IMG/VR virus record: IMGVR_UViG_3300032253_000023
Span: 1 to 35,401 of that record
Origin: a virus
Taxonomy: Duplodnaviria > Caudoviricetes
Length of the DNA: 35,401 nt
Strand: one strand, 5' to 3'
Shown here: piece by piece, positions 1 to 7,196 of the stretch
How the letters are laid out: each line of letters opens with the position of its first letter
How positions within the stretch are numbered: position 1 is the stretch's first letter
Notes under the pieces: model-generated
The model's input: the letters and a program-made list of their open reading frames with translations, nothing else
Databases searched by the model: none
What the model was told of the DNA's origin: nothing
Translations under genes and position numbers: made by a program

Positions 1-300
1 CTACAGGTCTTTAACATCGGTAATACTTATAAGTGTGTCGGCTATATTTGCCGCGATTTCCGCAACGATTTCATCATCGGATATATTTAATATTGAAATA
101 GCTGAACTAATAGCAGTATCAATAACATCATCAGAAATTGTTATTTCATTCCAATTAAAGCTCTGATTTGTATCGTCCAAAATGCATTTTAAATCATCTT
201 CTATAATTGATAATTTATTTGGTTCTTGATTTGTTTCAACATAACATGGTCGAGATAATCCGCATCCGTCACATTTATACTTTCTATTTTCTGTTTTCAT
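1..300 (-). CDS. Hypothetical protein with N-terminal CxxC (possible Zn-binding)
   Basis: ORF track 1..306; GGAG RBS 7 nt before the ATG at 300; KCDGCG motif. Confidence 0.6.
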   Translation of the reverse strand: MKTENRKYKCDGCGLSRPCYVETNQEPNKLSIIEDDLKCILDDTNQSFNWNEITISDDVIDTAISSAISILNISDDEIVAEIAANIADTLISITDVKDL

Positions 301-302
301 AA

Positions 303-592
303 TCACTCTCCAGTTTATTTATTGGTCGATCTAGAAAACTTAAATCTTCTTAAGTATCTTTTGCGCTATCTCATCACTGTTTATACTGTATTCGTACTTA
401 CCTACTAAAACAGTAAACGATCCAAAACACTCGTATATTTCCCCGAATGATCCAAAATGCGTCACATGCGAGTTTAACACCCTATACGCGATACCTTTAT
501 GCCTGTAGCATCCATCTTTTTTTATCTTTGCCTTTTTTAAAATTTCATTATGTACGTCAATTTTTATCCCCATAACTTCACTCTCCAGTTTA
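303..592. repeat. 15-bp direct repeat TCACTCTCCAGTTTA at 303-317 and 578-592, each containing the RBS of a minus-strand gene
   Basis: Exact match read from the sequence. Confidence 0.8.
340..573 (-). CDS. Hypothetical phage protein (77 aa)
   Basis: ORF with GGAG RBS; no recognisable motif. Confidence 0.65.
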   Translation of the reverse strand: MGIKIDVHNEILKKAKIKKDGCYRHKGIAYRVLNSHVTHFGSFGEIYECFGSFTVLVGKYEYSINSDEIAQKILKKI

Positions 593-613
593 ATTTTTAA
601 CCATCAGTTTGTT

Positions 614-797
614 TTAGATACAGCAAGACCCCTTATCTATGGTTGATAGCTTACAAGGCCTAGTATTAACTGCCTTATCGTTATCAGCACACTCAAACTG
701 AATTGAGTAGAATCGGTTGCCTTAGCTACGTTGAGCCAATCTACGGTCGATTGTCGTTATAGACACGGTTACAGGGGTCAAGAATTGCCGTGTTTAA
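614..797 (+). ncRNA. Putative multibranch structured RNA or ssDNA element
   Basis: 614-626 pairs with 785-797 and GACCCCT 627-633 pairs with AGGGGTC 773-779, enclosing further hairpins; region has no ORF of 60 aa or more. Confidence 0.4.
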
Positions 798-970
798 TAA
801 ATATTTCTATCCTAAGAGTAAATTAGGTGGTTTATTTATCGTCTGGATAACCAATAACCATTTTGACGTAATAAATCGCTTTCGTGCATGTAGGGACGAC
901 TGACCCCATGTAATAACGCTATGCAAACGTGAAGATGTATTGATAATTTTAAATGATGAACAAAGAAGTG

Positions 971-999
971 TTGCTTGGATTACGGCGATTGCCTATAAT
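971..999 (+). promoter_or_regulatory. Sigma70-like promoter TTGCTT-17-TATAAT
   Basis: Consensus -10 and 17-bp spacer, antisense to flanking genes. Confidence 0.65.
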
Positions 1000-1005
1000 A
1001 TCCTT

Positions 1006-1055
1006 ATCATCATCCAAAACCGCTGAGGGCTGTAACCCGTTGAAGCGGTTTTTCT
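1006..1055 (+). ncRNA. Putative ~50-nt antisense RNA ending in an intrinsic terminator
   Basis: Follows promoter 971-999; stem AAAACCGCT (1016-1024)/AGCGGTTTT (1044-1052) with inner GGG-CTGTAA-CCC and T tail. Confidence 0.5.
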
Positions 1056-1135
1056 TCATCTGTCGTTTAATATATACCTATTCCATTATTTAATCCAATT
1101 CAAATTTCCGATGTATTAAGGCTTAATTGATCGGA

Positions 1136-1324
1136 TTATTCGATGTCAGGATACTTTTCATAAAATGCCTTGCTGCCTATTTCGTCGCATTCCTCTACAA
1201 ATTCCCAAACATCCTCGGCAAAATCTTCTTTCCCGTAAAGATCATCAGAGTACTTCAGCGTTTCAAAATCCATTCGTTTATTAATTGCTGTTTTTGCAAT
1301 ACTTATCATTTCACTTTTTTCCAT
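1136..1324 (-). CDS. Small acidic hypothetical protein
   Basis: 62-aa ORF co-oriented with neighbours. Confidence 0.65.
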   Translation of the reverse strand: MEKSEMISIAKTAINKRMDFETLKYSDDLYGKEDFAEDVWEFVEECDEIGSKAFYEKYPDIE

Positions 1325-1375
1325 TACTCATTCCCTAATTAATCAAACATTGCCCATTGACATTATCAATGTATT

Positions 1376-1609
1376 TCATGTTTCGCATTGATTATTGTCA
1401 ATCTCGTTTAAATAAGCCTCTTCTGCACTAATTATTTCTTTAACCCTTTCTAAACCGGATTTTAGAATAATTAACTCCTCTTCTCTTTTTTTGATTTTAT
1501 CGTTTATATTAATTGCAGCTTTTTTGTAATCCTGCAATGTTTTAAATTGGTTATGCCATGAGTGCTTCCATTCATCCATATCAACGCATTTTCTTACTAA
1601 TTCATCCAT
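1376..1609 (-). CDS. Coiled-coil hypothetical protein (start revised to MDELVRK)
   Basis: ATG at 1609 follows GAGGGA and the stop of the upstream gene, removing a long overlap. Confidence 0.6.
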   Translation of the reverse strand: MDELVRKCVDMDEWKHSWHNQFKTLQDYKKAAININDKIKKREEELIILKSGLERVKEIISAEEAYLNEIDNNQCET

Positions 1610-1613
1610 TACT

Positions 1614-1895
1614 CTATCCCTCGTCGTATAAATCGTATTTTTTGCAAATATCGTCCAATTCTGGAATCGCTCTAAAAACACCAAACTCTCCGTCGAATTT
1701 ACCACTAATTTTTTTATACTTTTCACCTTTCAAAATCTTGAAATCTTTTTTCGCTGCAACTTTTATTTTTTCCCAATCTTCAGGATCAAATTCAGACCTA
1801 AAAAAACCAACTGTGTTGTCAATCCAAACTGATGCTTGACATTGATAATTTTTGCGTGCCACCGGATGCTCAACTTTTGCTATTTCCCAGCTCAA
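1614..1895 (-). CDS. Hypothetical phage protein
   Basis: 93-aa ORF, GAGGAG RBS, TTG start. Confidence 0.7.
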   Translation of the reverse strand: MSWEIAKVEHPVARKNYQCQASVWIDNTVGFFRSEFDPEDWEKIKVAAKKDFKILKGEKYKKISGKFDGEFGVFRAIPELDDICKKYDLYDEG

Positions 1896-1908
1896 AATTT
1901 ACTCTCCT

Positions 1909-2250
1909 CTATACCTCGTTAATTAACTCATCTGGCATACAAGAAAACCCGTTAAGTTTTAGTTTCATTTCCCAATGTGGGGCGAAATCCCATTGACCTG
2001 TTTCTGGAAACGTCATTTGACCTTCTTCGTGACTAAATTCTGTTGCTGTAAACTCTGCTGAAAACGCGCCTGACGGTATTGATATTTCATTAAGCTCACA
2101 TTGCATTGACTCAAAAATATCTTTCTTAGCATCGGTTATCATGTCATAGCTAAGTCCGTTAACAACCCCTATTCCATACTCGTCTTCAGAGTCGGCCGGG
2201 CCTTCTTTATCGACCATGATCCAACATGTTAAACTACCATACATCTTCAC
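1909..2250 (-). CDS. Acidic hypothetical protein
   Basis: 113-aa ORF with GAGGAG RBS. Confidence 0.65.
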   Translation of the reverse strand: MKMYGSLTCWIMVDKEGPADSEDEYGIGVVNGLSYDMITDAKKDIFESMQCELNEISIPSGAFSAEFTATEFSHEEGQMTFPETGQWDFAPHWEMKLKLNGFSCMPDELINEV

Positions 2251-2259
2251 TTCTCCTCG

Positions 2260-2607
2260 TTAATTAAGTTTTTTAGGCTTATCAGGCAACGGCATCCAAT
2301 GCGTCGGCTGGTGCTGCGCCTTTTCTCTACGATAATTTGGAGGAAGACACGTACTATCTTGCTCTAATCCTATCCAGCCATCGCCAGGGGAATATTCCTT
2401 ACCATTCCAATCACACCACCTAACAACCTCAACTCCATAATGAGTAAGACCGAGAATTTTCACACCATCTTTTGGCGCACTATCTATACCACGCCATTTA
2501 TGTTTTCTTAATTTGTCGTTCAATGATGCAACTTCAAAAACCATCTTGAATAGCGCGTACATTAGTATTAAAAAAATCAAAATCAAGCCTATTTGATCCA
2601 CCTTCAC
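2260..2607 (-). CDS. DUF551-like protein with N-terminal transmembrane helix
   Basis: WRGIDSAPKDG ... PTHWMPLPDKP pattern typical of DUF551/Eaa-like phage domains; hydrophobic N-terminus. Confidence 0.7.
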   Translation of the reverse strand: MKVDQIGLILIFLILMYALFKMVFEVASLNDKLRKHKWRGIDSAPKDGVKILGLTHYGVEVVRWCDWNGKEYSPGDGWIGLEQDSTCLPPNYRREKAQHQPTHWMPLPDKPKKLN

Positions 2608-2626
2608 TGCTCCTTTTTACATTTAA

Positions 2627-2887
2627 TCATTCAGGCTCAGGAAGTGCCAATAACTCGCCTATTTTACGTTCAATATCAGATTTTTTATTGTGATACTCCT
2701 TCTTGAGTTCCTTTTTTGCGCCCTCAAGAATAGCCACTTCCTGGGTTGTAACTGACTTGTAATCAAGTGGTATGAATTCTACTTCAACGTATTCTGTTAA
2801 GCGCACGTATTTGCTACTTTTTTCAAGTTCCTCATTACCGACAGTCTCAATTCCATACTTAACATATTTAAACATTGCAAATTTCAT
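2627..2887 (-). CDS. Hypothetical protein with C-terminal coiled coil
   Basis: 86-aa ORF, AAGGA RBS. Confidence 0.7.
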   Translation of the reverse strand: MKFAMFKYVKYGIETVGNEELEKSSKYVRLTEYVEVEFIPLDYKSVTTQEVAILEGAKKELKKEYHNKKSDIERKIGELLALPEPE

Positions 2888-2920
2888 AACTTTAATTCCT
2901 TTGTGATTTATTTAACTAAT

Positions 2921-3052
2921 TTACCCTGACCGTGACCGTGACCCTGACCGTGACCGTGACCGTGACCGTGACCCTGACCGTGACCCTGACCATGACCATG
3001 ACCATGACCGTGACCCTGACCGTGACCGTGTTTGACGTTTGCCGACTATCAT
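2921..3052 (-). CDS. 43-aa RS/GS/WS dipeptide-repeat microprotein [43 protein letters not shown]
   Basis: Translated by hand; ATG overlaps the upstream stop (ATGA); TAA falls exactly at the end of the repeat; below the ORF-track cutoff. Confidence 0.75.
   Translation of the reverse strand: MIVGKRQTRSRSGSRSWSWSWSGSRSGSRSRSRSRSGSRSRSG
2924..3028. repeat. Hexamer tandem repeat, about 17.5 units of NGGTCA on the minus strand (N = C, G or T)
   Basis: Directly visible TGACC[G/C/A] array. Confidence 0.95.
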
Positions 3053-3306
3053 TTTACTATACCGAATGACTCAACCGCTGCTGTCTGAATGTACAGGTTA
3101 TTTGGCAACTTTTCAGCATCCTTCCAGCTCTTTGACTCAAAACTTCCAGTTTCATAAACTACAGATGGGTCTTCAAGCAATACACACGTATCATTTACGC
3201 CGATTAATTTACCTGTGTATATGTAGTTCAAGCAAAAAAATGTCACTCTTTCGCCAATTAACTTATCAAGACCTTCGCCGTTAACTTCTTCAACTAATTT
3301 TTTCAT
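3049..3306 (-). CDS. Sm/Lsm/Hfq-like fold protein (85 aa, start MKKLVEE)
   Basis: LDKLIGERVTF-YIYTGKLIGVND-CVLLED-LYIQTAAVESF fits the Sm1/Sm2 strand pattern; GGAG RBS before ATG 3306. Confidence 0.65.
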   Translation of the reverse strand: MKKLVEEVNGEGLDKLIGERVTFFCLNYIYTGKLIGVNDTCVLLEDPSVVYETGSFESKSWKDAEKLPNNLYIQTAAVESFGIVK

Positions 3307-3344
3307 TCTTAACTCCGCTTGTGATTTATGTAACTTACACCATA

Positions 3345-3373
3345 ATAATAGCAATGTGATCTGTATTAGTCAA
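3345..3373 (-). promoter_or_regulatory. Sigma70-like promoter TTGACT-17-TATTAT upstream of the Sm-like gene
   Basis: Near-consensus hexamers with 17-bp spacer in intergenic DNA. Confidence 0.7.
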
Positions 3374-3409
3374 CCTAAGTACAATATATTTTATACTTAA
3401 GTTGAATTG

Positions 3410-3658
3410 TTATTGGGTTAATTTGATTGATTCGCAATATACTTTTTCAAAACCATCTCCATTATTGCATTGGGTCAATACCAGTGCGACGAAATAATCA
3501 TCTGAGTCCAGCTTTGGCCCAGCAACAATAACACCTCTCATCTCGCGCAAGTTGCCATCTTCGTCTAGCCGGCGGCTAGGATTTGAAGGAAAATCTGTAA
3601 ACGTGCATTTTTTTCCTATTAACATTTCATCCCCCCTTGTTATTTTCAATGAACTCAA
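3410..3658 (-). CDS. Hypothetical protein (true start probably MLIGKK)
   Basis: ORF track; GGGGGA RBS before the internal ATG. Confidence 0.55.
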   Translation of the reverse strand: MSSLKITRGDEMLIGKKCTFTDFPSNPSRRLDEDGNLREMRGVIVAGPKLDSDDYFVALVLTQCNNGDGFEKVYCESIKLTQ

Positions 3659-4139
3659 GCATTTGGCTCAACTTAGTTTCAACGCCGTCTATGTTTAGAC
3701 CAAGTTTAGTGCAGCGCATACCCGCTGTTGTAAATCCTACTGCGAACAAATCGCGATAAAGCATACGGTTTGTCGTTGTCTCACTGCTCCGTATCATCTT
3801 TCTGGCGTTTGACATTATGACCGCATCTCGTTGCCTAACTTGCAATATAGACAAGCATTTATCTTCCCTGAGATATTTTAATTTACCCGAACAATCAACG
3901 CTCACTTCCTTTATCATCTGGTTAAATTTTTCCTCGCTAATACCTAAGAAATAATCCCTCACATTGCGCCACTTGACGGCTATACGTGACTCCGGATAAT
4001 CCGCGACGAATTGGTTGCGCCTGCCCTTATCTCTGAATACGGACAGTCTACCGGCGATAGAACGTCGACCTGTCTTTTTGTGTGGGTCGCCGGTTGGAGT
4101 GTCCTTATCTGCTAGGTATGTGAATGCGTAATATTTCAT
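3627..4139 (-). CDS. Basic hypothetical protein
   Basis: 170-aa ORF, GAGGG RBS. Confidence 0.7.
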   Translation of the reverse strand: MKYYAFTYLADKDTPTGDPHKKTGRRSIAGRLSVFRDKGRRNQFVADYPESRIAVKWRNVRDYFLGISEEKFNQMIKEVSVDCSGKLKYLREDKCLSILQVRQRDAVIMSNARKMIRSSETTTNRMLYRDLFAVGFTTAGMRCTKLGLNIDGVETKLSQMLEFIENNKGG

Positions 4140-4141
4140 GA

Positions 4142-4759
4142 TTATATTTCCCTCTTGCTTTTTTGGATTATTTCAGCCCAATGGTAATCTGACTTTTTAT
4201 ACCCTGCCTCTGCGAGTCTGTCTTCGTAAAAATCATCGATGGTTTTGTATCTACCACCAGACACGGATTTGTTACCGTTACGCTTGAAATGAAAAGCAAC
4301 GTAATAATCATACTCGACCGGCACTACTTTCACTGGGAATGGGTAGATTACTTGTTCACTTTTCGTTTCATCTGTAAACTCACGACCATAGCGAGTAAAG
4401 CTTCTACCGCCATTGGTCTCAAGTGGATAACCAAAGTCATCTGTAATCGCTATAATTTTAGAATCAGTCCCATCTATATGATAAACTGTATCGCCTACTT
4501 TTAAATCCTTTAACTCTTTCATGATTTTAATTTCCTTTTTATCTGATTTAATCGGTTCAAGAAATGAATCGCGCCAAGCCCATGAGCCATCATCTATGTC
4601 TAGCCTATAATTCCCAGTATCTACAACTCTTATTACCTGTGCCGCCAGCCCATCGTATTGATCCATTGGACTTGCCCAATAACCCTGTGTTTCGTTCACA
4701 TTTACTGGCTTAACAATCTTTACTCTATCGCCTACTTCGTATGTCATAACTATCTCCAT
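4142..4759 (-). CDS. Hypothetical protein with two KOW/SH3-like units
   Basis: YEVGDRVKI and LKVGDTVYH motifs. Confidence 0.65.
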   Translation of the reverse strand: MEIVMTYEVGDRVKIVKPVNVNETQGYWASPMDQYDGLAAQVIRVVDTGNYRLDIDDGSWAWRDSFLEPIKSDKKEIKIMKELKDLKVGDTVYHIDGTDSKIIAITDDFGYPLETNGGRSFTRYGREFTDETKSEQVIYPFPVKVVPVEYDYYVAFHFKRNGNKSVSGGRYKTIDDFYEDRLAEAGYKKSDYHWAEIIQKSKREI

Positions 4760-4783
4760 TTGATTTATTCAACTTACAATTTA

Positions 4784-4860
4784 ACTATATCAGCTAATCG
4801 CAAATTGTCAACGTAGGTATAATAATAATTGTAGACAAGTTGGATTTGGTGTGCTAAGCT
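4784..4860. promoter_or_regulatory. Divergent promoter pair: leftward TTGACA-16-TATAGT (4811-4784), rightward TAGACA-17-TAAGCT (4832-4860)
   Basis: Hexamers read at the point where gene orientation diverges. Confidence 0.6.
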
Positions 4861-4925
4861 TTGAGTAAGAAGGCAGGTCAGTTTGCATTTACTGGAATAA
4901 ATGTTGACTGCAAAATGGAACCTAC

Positions 4926-4964
4926 CCCAGTGGGTTTTTGCCGGATAGACTGGGGACTTTTTTT
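4926..4964 (+). terminator. Leader hairpin CCCCAGT...ACTGGGG followed by a T run (possible attenuator)
   Basis: 7-bp stem with long loop and T7 tail, between promoter and first gene. Confidence 0.45.
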
Positions 4965-4978
4965 AAAAGGATGTATGT

Positions 4979-5152
4979 ATGATTGAATTTTTAATTTGGT
5001 ACGCAGGATGGTACATAACCGGCGTATTCGTGATGGCTTATATCGATAAAGATTGCACGATAATGGCCGATGCATCAAGGGCGCATTTTCTACTACCGGC
5101 TGTGTTAATTCTAAGCTGGCCGTTTTGGCTGTATAAATATTGGAGAAATTAA
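4979..5152 (+). CDS. 57-aa predicted two-TM membrane protein (MIEFLIWYAGW...WPFWLYKYWRN), not in the ORF track
   Basis: Translated by hand; AAAGGA RBS; stop 1 nt before the next ATG. Confidence 0.7.
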   Translation: MIEFLIWYAGWYITGVFVMAYIDKDCTIMADASRAHFLLPAVLILSWPFWLYKYWRN

Positions 5153-5153
5153 A

Positions 5154-5351
5154 ATGTATGAAATTTTCATGTGGATATTATTAGTAGTTACTGTTTTCCA
5201 GCAAGTTATTATTCGTCGTAAAGACATAAAAATACACGTCTTTGAAATAATAAATAGACGGCTCAATGATGACCTTAACGACAAGCTTGATTACGATTTA
5301 CGTCAGCAGCTTAAATCCATTCCTAACTTTTGCGGAAAACAAAATGACTAA
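5154..5351 (+). CDS. Small protein with N-terminal TM helix
   Basis: GGAG RBS; hydrophobic N-terminus. Confidence 0.65.
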   Translation: MYEIFMWILLVVTVFQQVIIRRKDIKIHVFEIINRRLNDDLNDKLDYDLRQQLKSIPNFCGKQND

Positions 5352-5520
5352 ATTACAGGCAGCGAAAGAGGCGTATTATCGGGCAAGTGGTTATTTTTCC
5401 AAGACTAATTTTACTACTCGCGACGATCATGTTTACGCAAAAGAGCAGCGCGATAAAGCATTTGCTGAGTATCATAAACTGCTGGTGCTTTATTTGTATA
5501 GCAAAGGAATTGACGGATGA
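5344..5520 (+). CDS. Hypothetical protein (58 aa, start MTKLQAA)
   Basis: Start overlaps the upstream stop; ATGA coupling to the next gene. Confidence 0.6.
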   Translation: MTKLQAAKEAYYRASGYFSKTNFTTRDDHVYAKEQRDKAFAEYHKLLVLYLYSKGIDG

Positions 5521-5852
5521 GATATTTTATTATTGTCATGTTACTAGTAAGCGCAAACACTCAAGCTAAGGATTATTACTTGGAGTCTGCGATAGGATTA
5601 CATTTAATTGACTGGATGCAAACACGGCATATTGTTGTTAATGATAGCATCAAGGAATCAAACCCGATACTAGGAAAGAATCCAAACATGCAAGAAGTCA
5701 ACGGTTATATGGCTATCACAGGCGCGGCAATGCTGATAATACATAAGTCAATTCCTGTAAATTACCGAAAGACGTTTAGGATGTTTTGGGCTATGAATAA
5801 CGCCGCTTTCGTGTCTAACAATTTCATGATCGGTGTTAAATTTAAAATTTAA
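5517..5852 (+). CDS. Signal-peptide-bearing membrane/exported protein
   Basis: MRYFIIVMLLVSANTQA signal-like N-terminus with further hydrophobic segments. Confidence 0.7.
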   Translation: MRYFIIVMLLVSANTQAKDYYLESAIGLHLIDWMQTRHIVVNDSIKESNPILGKNPNMQEVNGYMAITGAAMLIIHKSIPVNYRKTFRMFWAMNNAAFVSNNFMIGVKFKI

Positions 5853-6060
5853 AATATTTGGAGTAAATTATGAGCGGCCACAAAAAGTACAACATAGTTT
5901 TGCCCAAAACTAAGGGCTACGAAATGCCCGAAGTTACTGAAGAAAAATTGGAACGTGGGCGGATTATACGGGCGACACTTGTACTATCACTTTGTTAGAT
6001 TGCCCTAAGTGTAACCATTCTATTATTGTTAATAGTTACTGAATAAACTAGGAGAATGTT

Positions 6061-6309
6061 GTGGAAGAAAATAAATGGATAGCTAGCGTGAAAGGCCAAT
6101 GCAACTCGGGAAGTTGGGAGATATCAGTTTTGCGAGCTGACAATGAGCATGGCCAAAGAAGTTACGGTTGGTTTGATGAAAACAAGCTGTTAATAAGTCA
6201 TAATGGTGGGCCGTGTCATTGGCCGATCTGCGGATTTGTTTTTGAACAGCAAGTTATTATCGCGAATGAAGTTGCAAGGCGATTAAATGCTGGTGAAAGC
6301 ATTGACTAA
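6061..6309 (+). CDS. Hypothetical protein
   Basis: 82-aa ORF, AGGAG RBS, GTG start. Confidence 0.7.
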   Translation: MEENKWIASVKGQCNSGSWEISVLRADNEHGQRSYGWFDENKLLISHNGGPCHWPICGFVFEQQVIIANEVARRLNAGESID

Positions 6310-6386
6310 TAATACATTTATTTCCGGATAGCCCATTAATTGGGGCTTTTGGGTGAGCCACGTGGCTAAATTTAAAATTAAATAAG

Positions 6387-6590
6387 GTGGATAAAATGCA
6401 AGACTGGAAATTACGAGTGAAAAATGAAAAGAGCGAACTTGATGATAATCTTGGCCGTCTATCTTTGTTTATCGACGGAGTTAAATTTGAGCATCTTCCT
6501 ATCGAATCAAAAAGACTTCTTAAGGAGCAGGAGGGTCATATGTCCGCGTACTCCGAAACACTCGGCAAGCGACTGTCTCTAGATGTATGA
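6387..6590 (+). CDS. Small helical phage protein resembling the crAss001_48-related family
   Basis: RVKNEKSELDDNLGRLSLFI...LLKEQEGHMSAYSETLGKRL pattern recalled from this family. Confidence 0.6.
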   Translation: MDKMQDWKLRVKNEKSELDDNLGRLSLFIDGVKFEHLPIESKRLLKEQEGHMSAYSETLGKRLSLDV

Positions 6591-6622
6591 TATTTGGTAA
6601 AAATACTATTTTATAGTAACGT

Positions 6623-6660
6623 AAAGCCACTTAATTGTGGCTTTTCTGTTTTTTTTCTTT
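6623..6660. terminator. Probable bidirectional terminator at convergent gene ends
   Basis: AAAGCCAC-ttaatt-GTGGCTTT followed by T-rich tract. Confidence 0.65.
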
Positions 6661-6888
6661 GTCTTTTTCCATCTTAGCCGCGATAAAATTCTTAGCTTCT
6701 TTTGAATAGTGCATGAAAAATACAACTGCAGTGGACGCTATTAAAATATCAATGTTTATACTGTGAAAGTCAGCGTTTGCCATTACGCCGCCAAGCTGAG
6801 TCGTGCAGCCTAATATTCCGCTATGGACGCAAAACCTGAACTTGTCCGTTTTACTGATCATCTCTTCTGCTTTCGTCGGTTCAGTCAT
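6631..6888 (-). CDS. Holin-like small membrane protein
   Basis: Two hydrophobic segments, basic C-terminus, ATGA-coupled to the endolysin. Confidence 0.5.
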   Translation of the reverse strand: MTEPTKAEEMISKTDKFRFCVHSGILGCTTQLGGVMANADFHSINIDILIASTAVVFFMHYSKEAKNFIAAKMEKDKEKKQKSHN

Positions 6889-7196
6889 CTCACACCCTCA
6901 TGCTCTAAAGAAAAATGATTACCATCGTTAAATCTGCCGCCCCATGAGCCGCCTATGCTTTCCCAGTATTCTCCTAAAATTAGGTAATCGTCAGTTTTAG
7001 TCAAGTACTCGCCATTTTTGAATAAGTTAAAATCTACCGCCAATCGTTTTTTGTGTAAAGAATTTTTCTTTCCGTACTTGGCATTCTGAGGTCTAAACGC
7101 ATCACCAAACGTTAAGCCGTAACCAAGTTGCTCGGCATGTAATATCAATCTGGCTATCATGCTGGTAAACTGCATCTGTTTTGATGACAGCCTCAT
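6885..7196 (-). CDS. Endolysin, peptidase M15 family (L-Ala-D-Glu peptidase-like)
   Basis: SLH...LAVD Zn motif and WGGRFNDGNHFS. Confidence 0.9.
   Translation of the reverse strand: MRLSSKQMQFTSMIARLILHAEQLGYGLTFGDAFRPQNAKYGKKNSLHKKRLAVDFNLFKNGEYLTKTDDYLILGEYWESIGGSWGGRFNDGNHFSLEHEGVR

Noticed and set aside
2924-3028. Hexamer array as a CRISPR array or replication iterons
   Set aside because: No spacers, unit only 6 bp, no cas or initiator gene nearby; it sits exactly inside a coupled ORF
2908-3048. His-Gly/Gln-Gly repeat read in the Sm frame by stop read-through
   Set aside because: Blocked by two tandem stops (TGA TAG) and has no start codon of its own
4878-5078. Minus-strand 66-aa ORF
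   Set aside because: Overlaps the structured leader and the better-supported plus-strand 57-aa ORF
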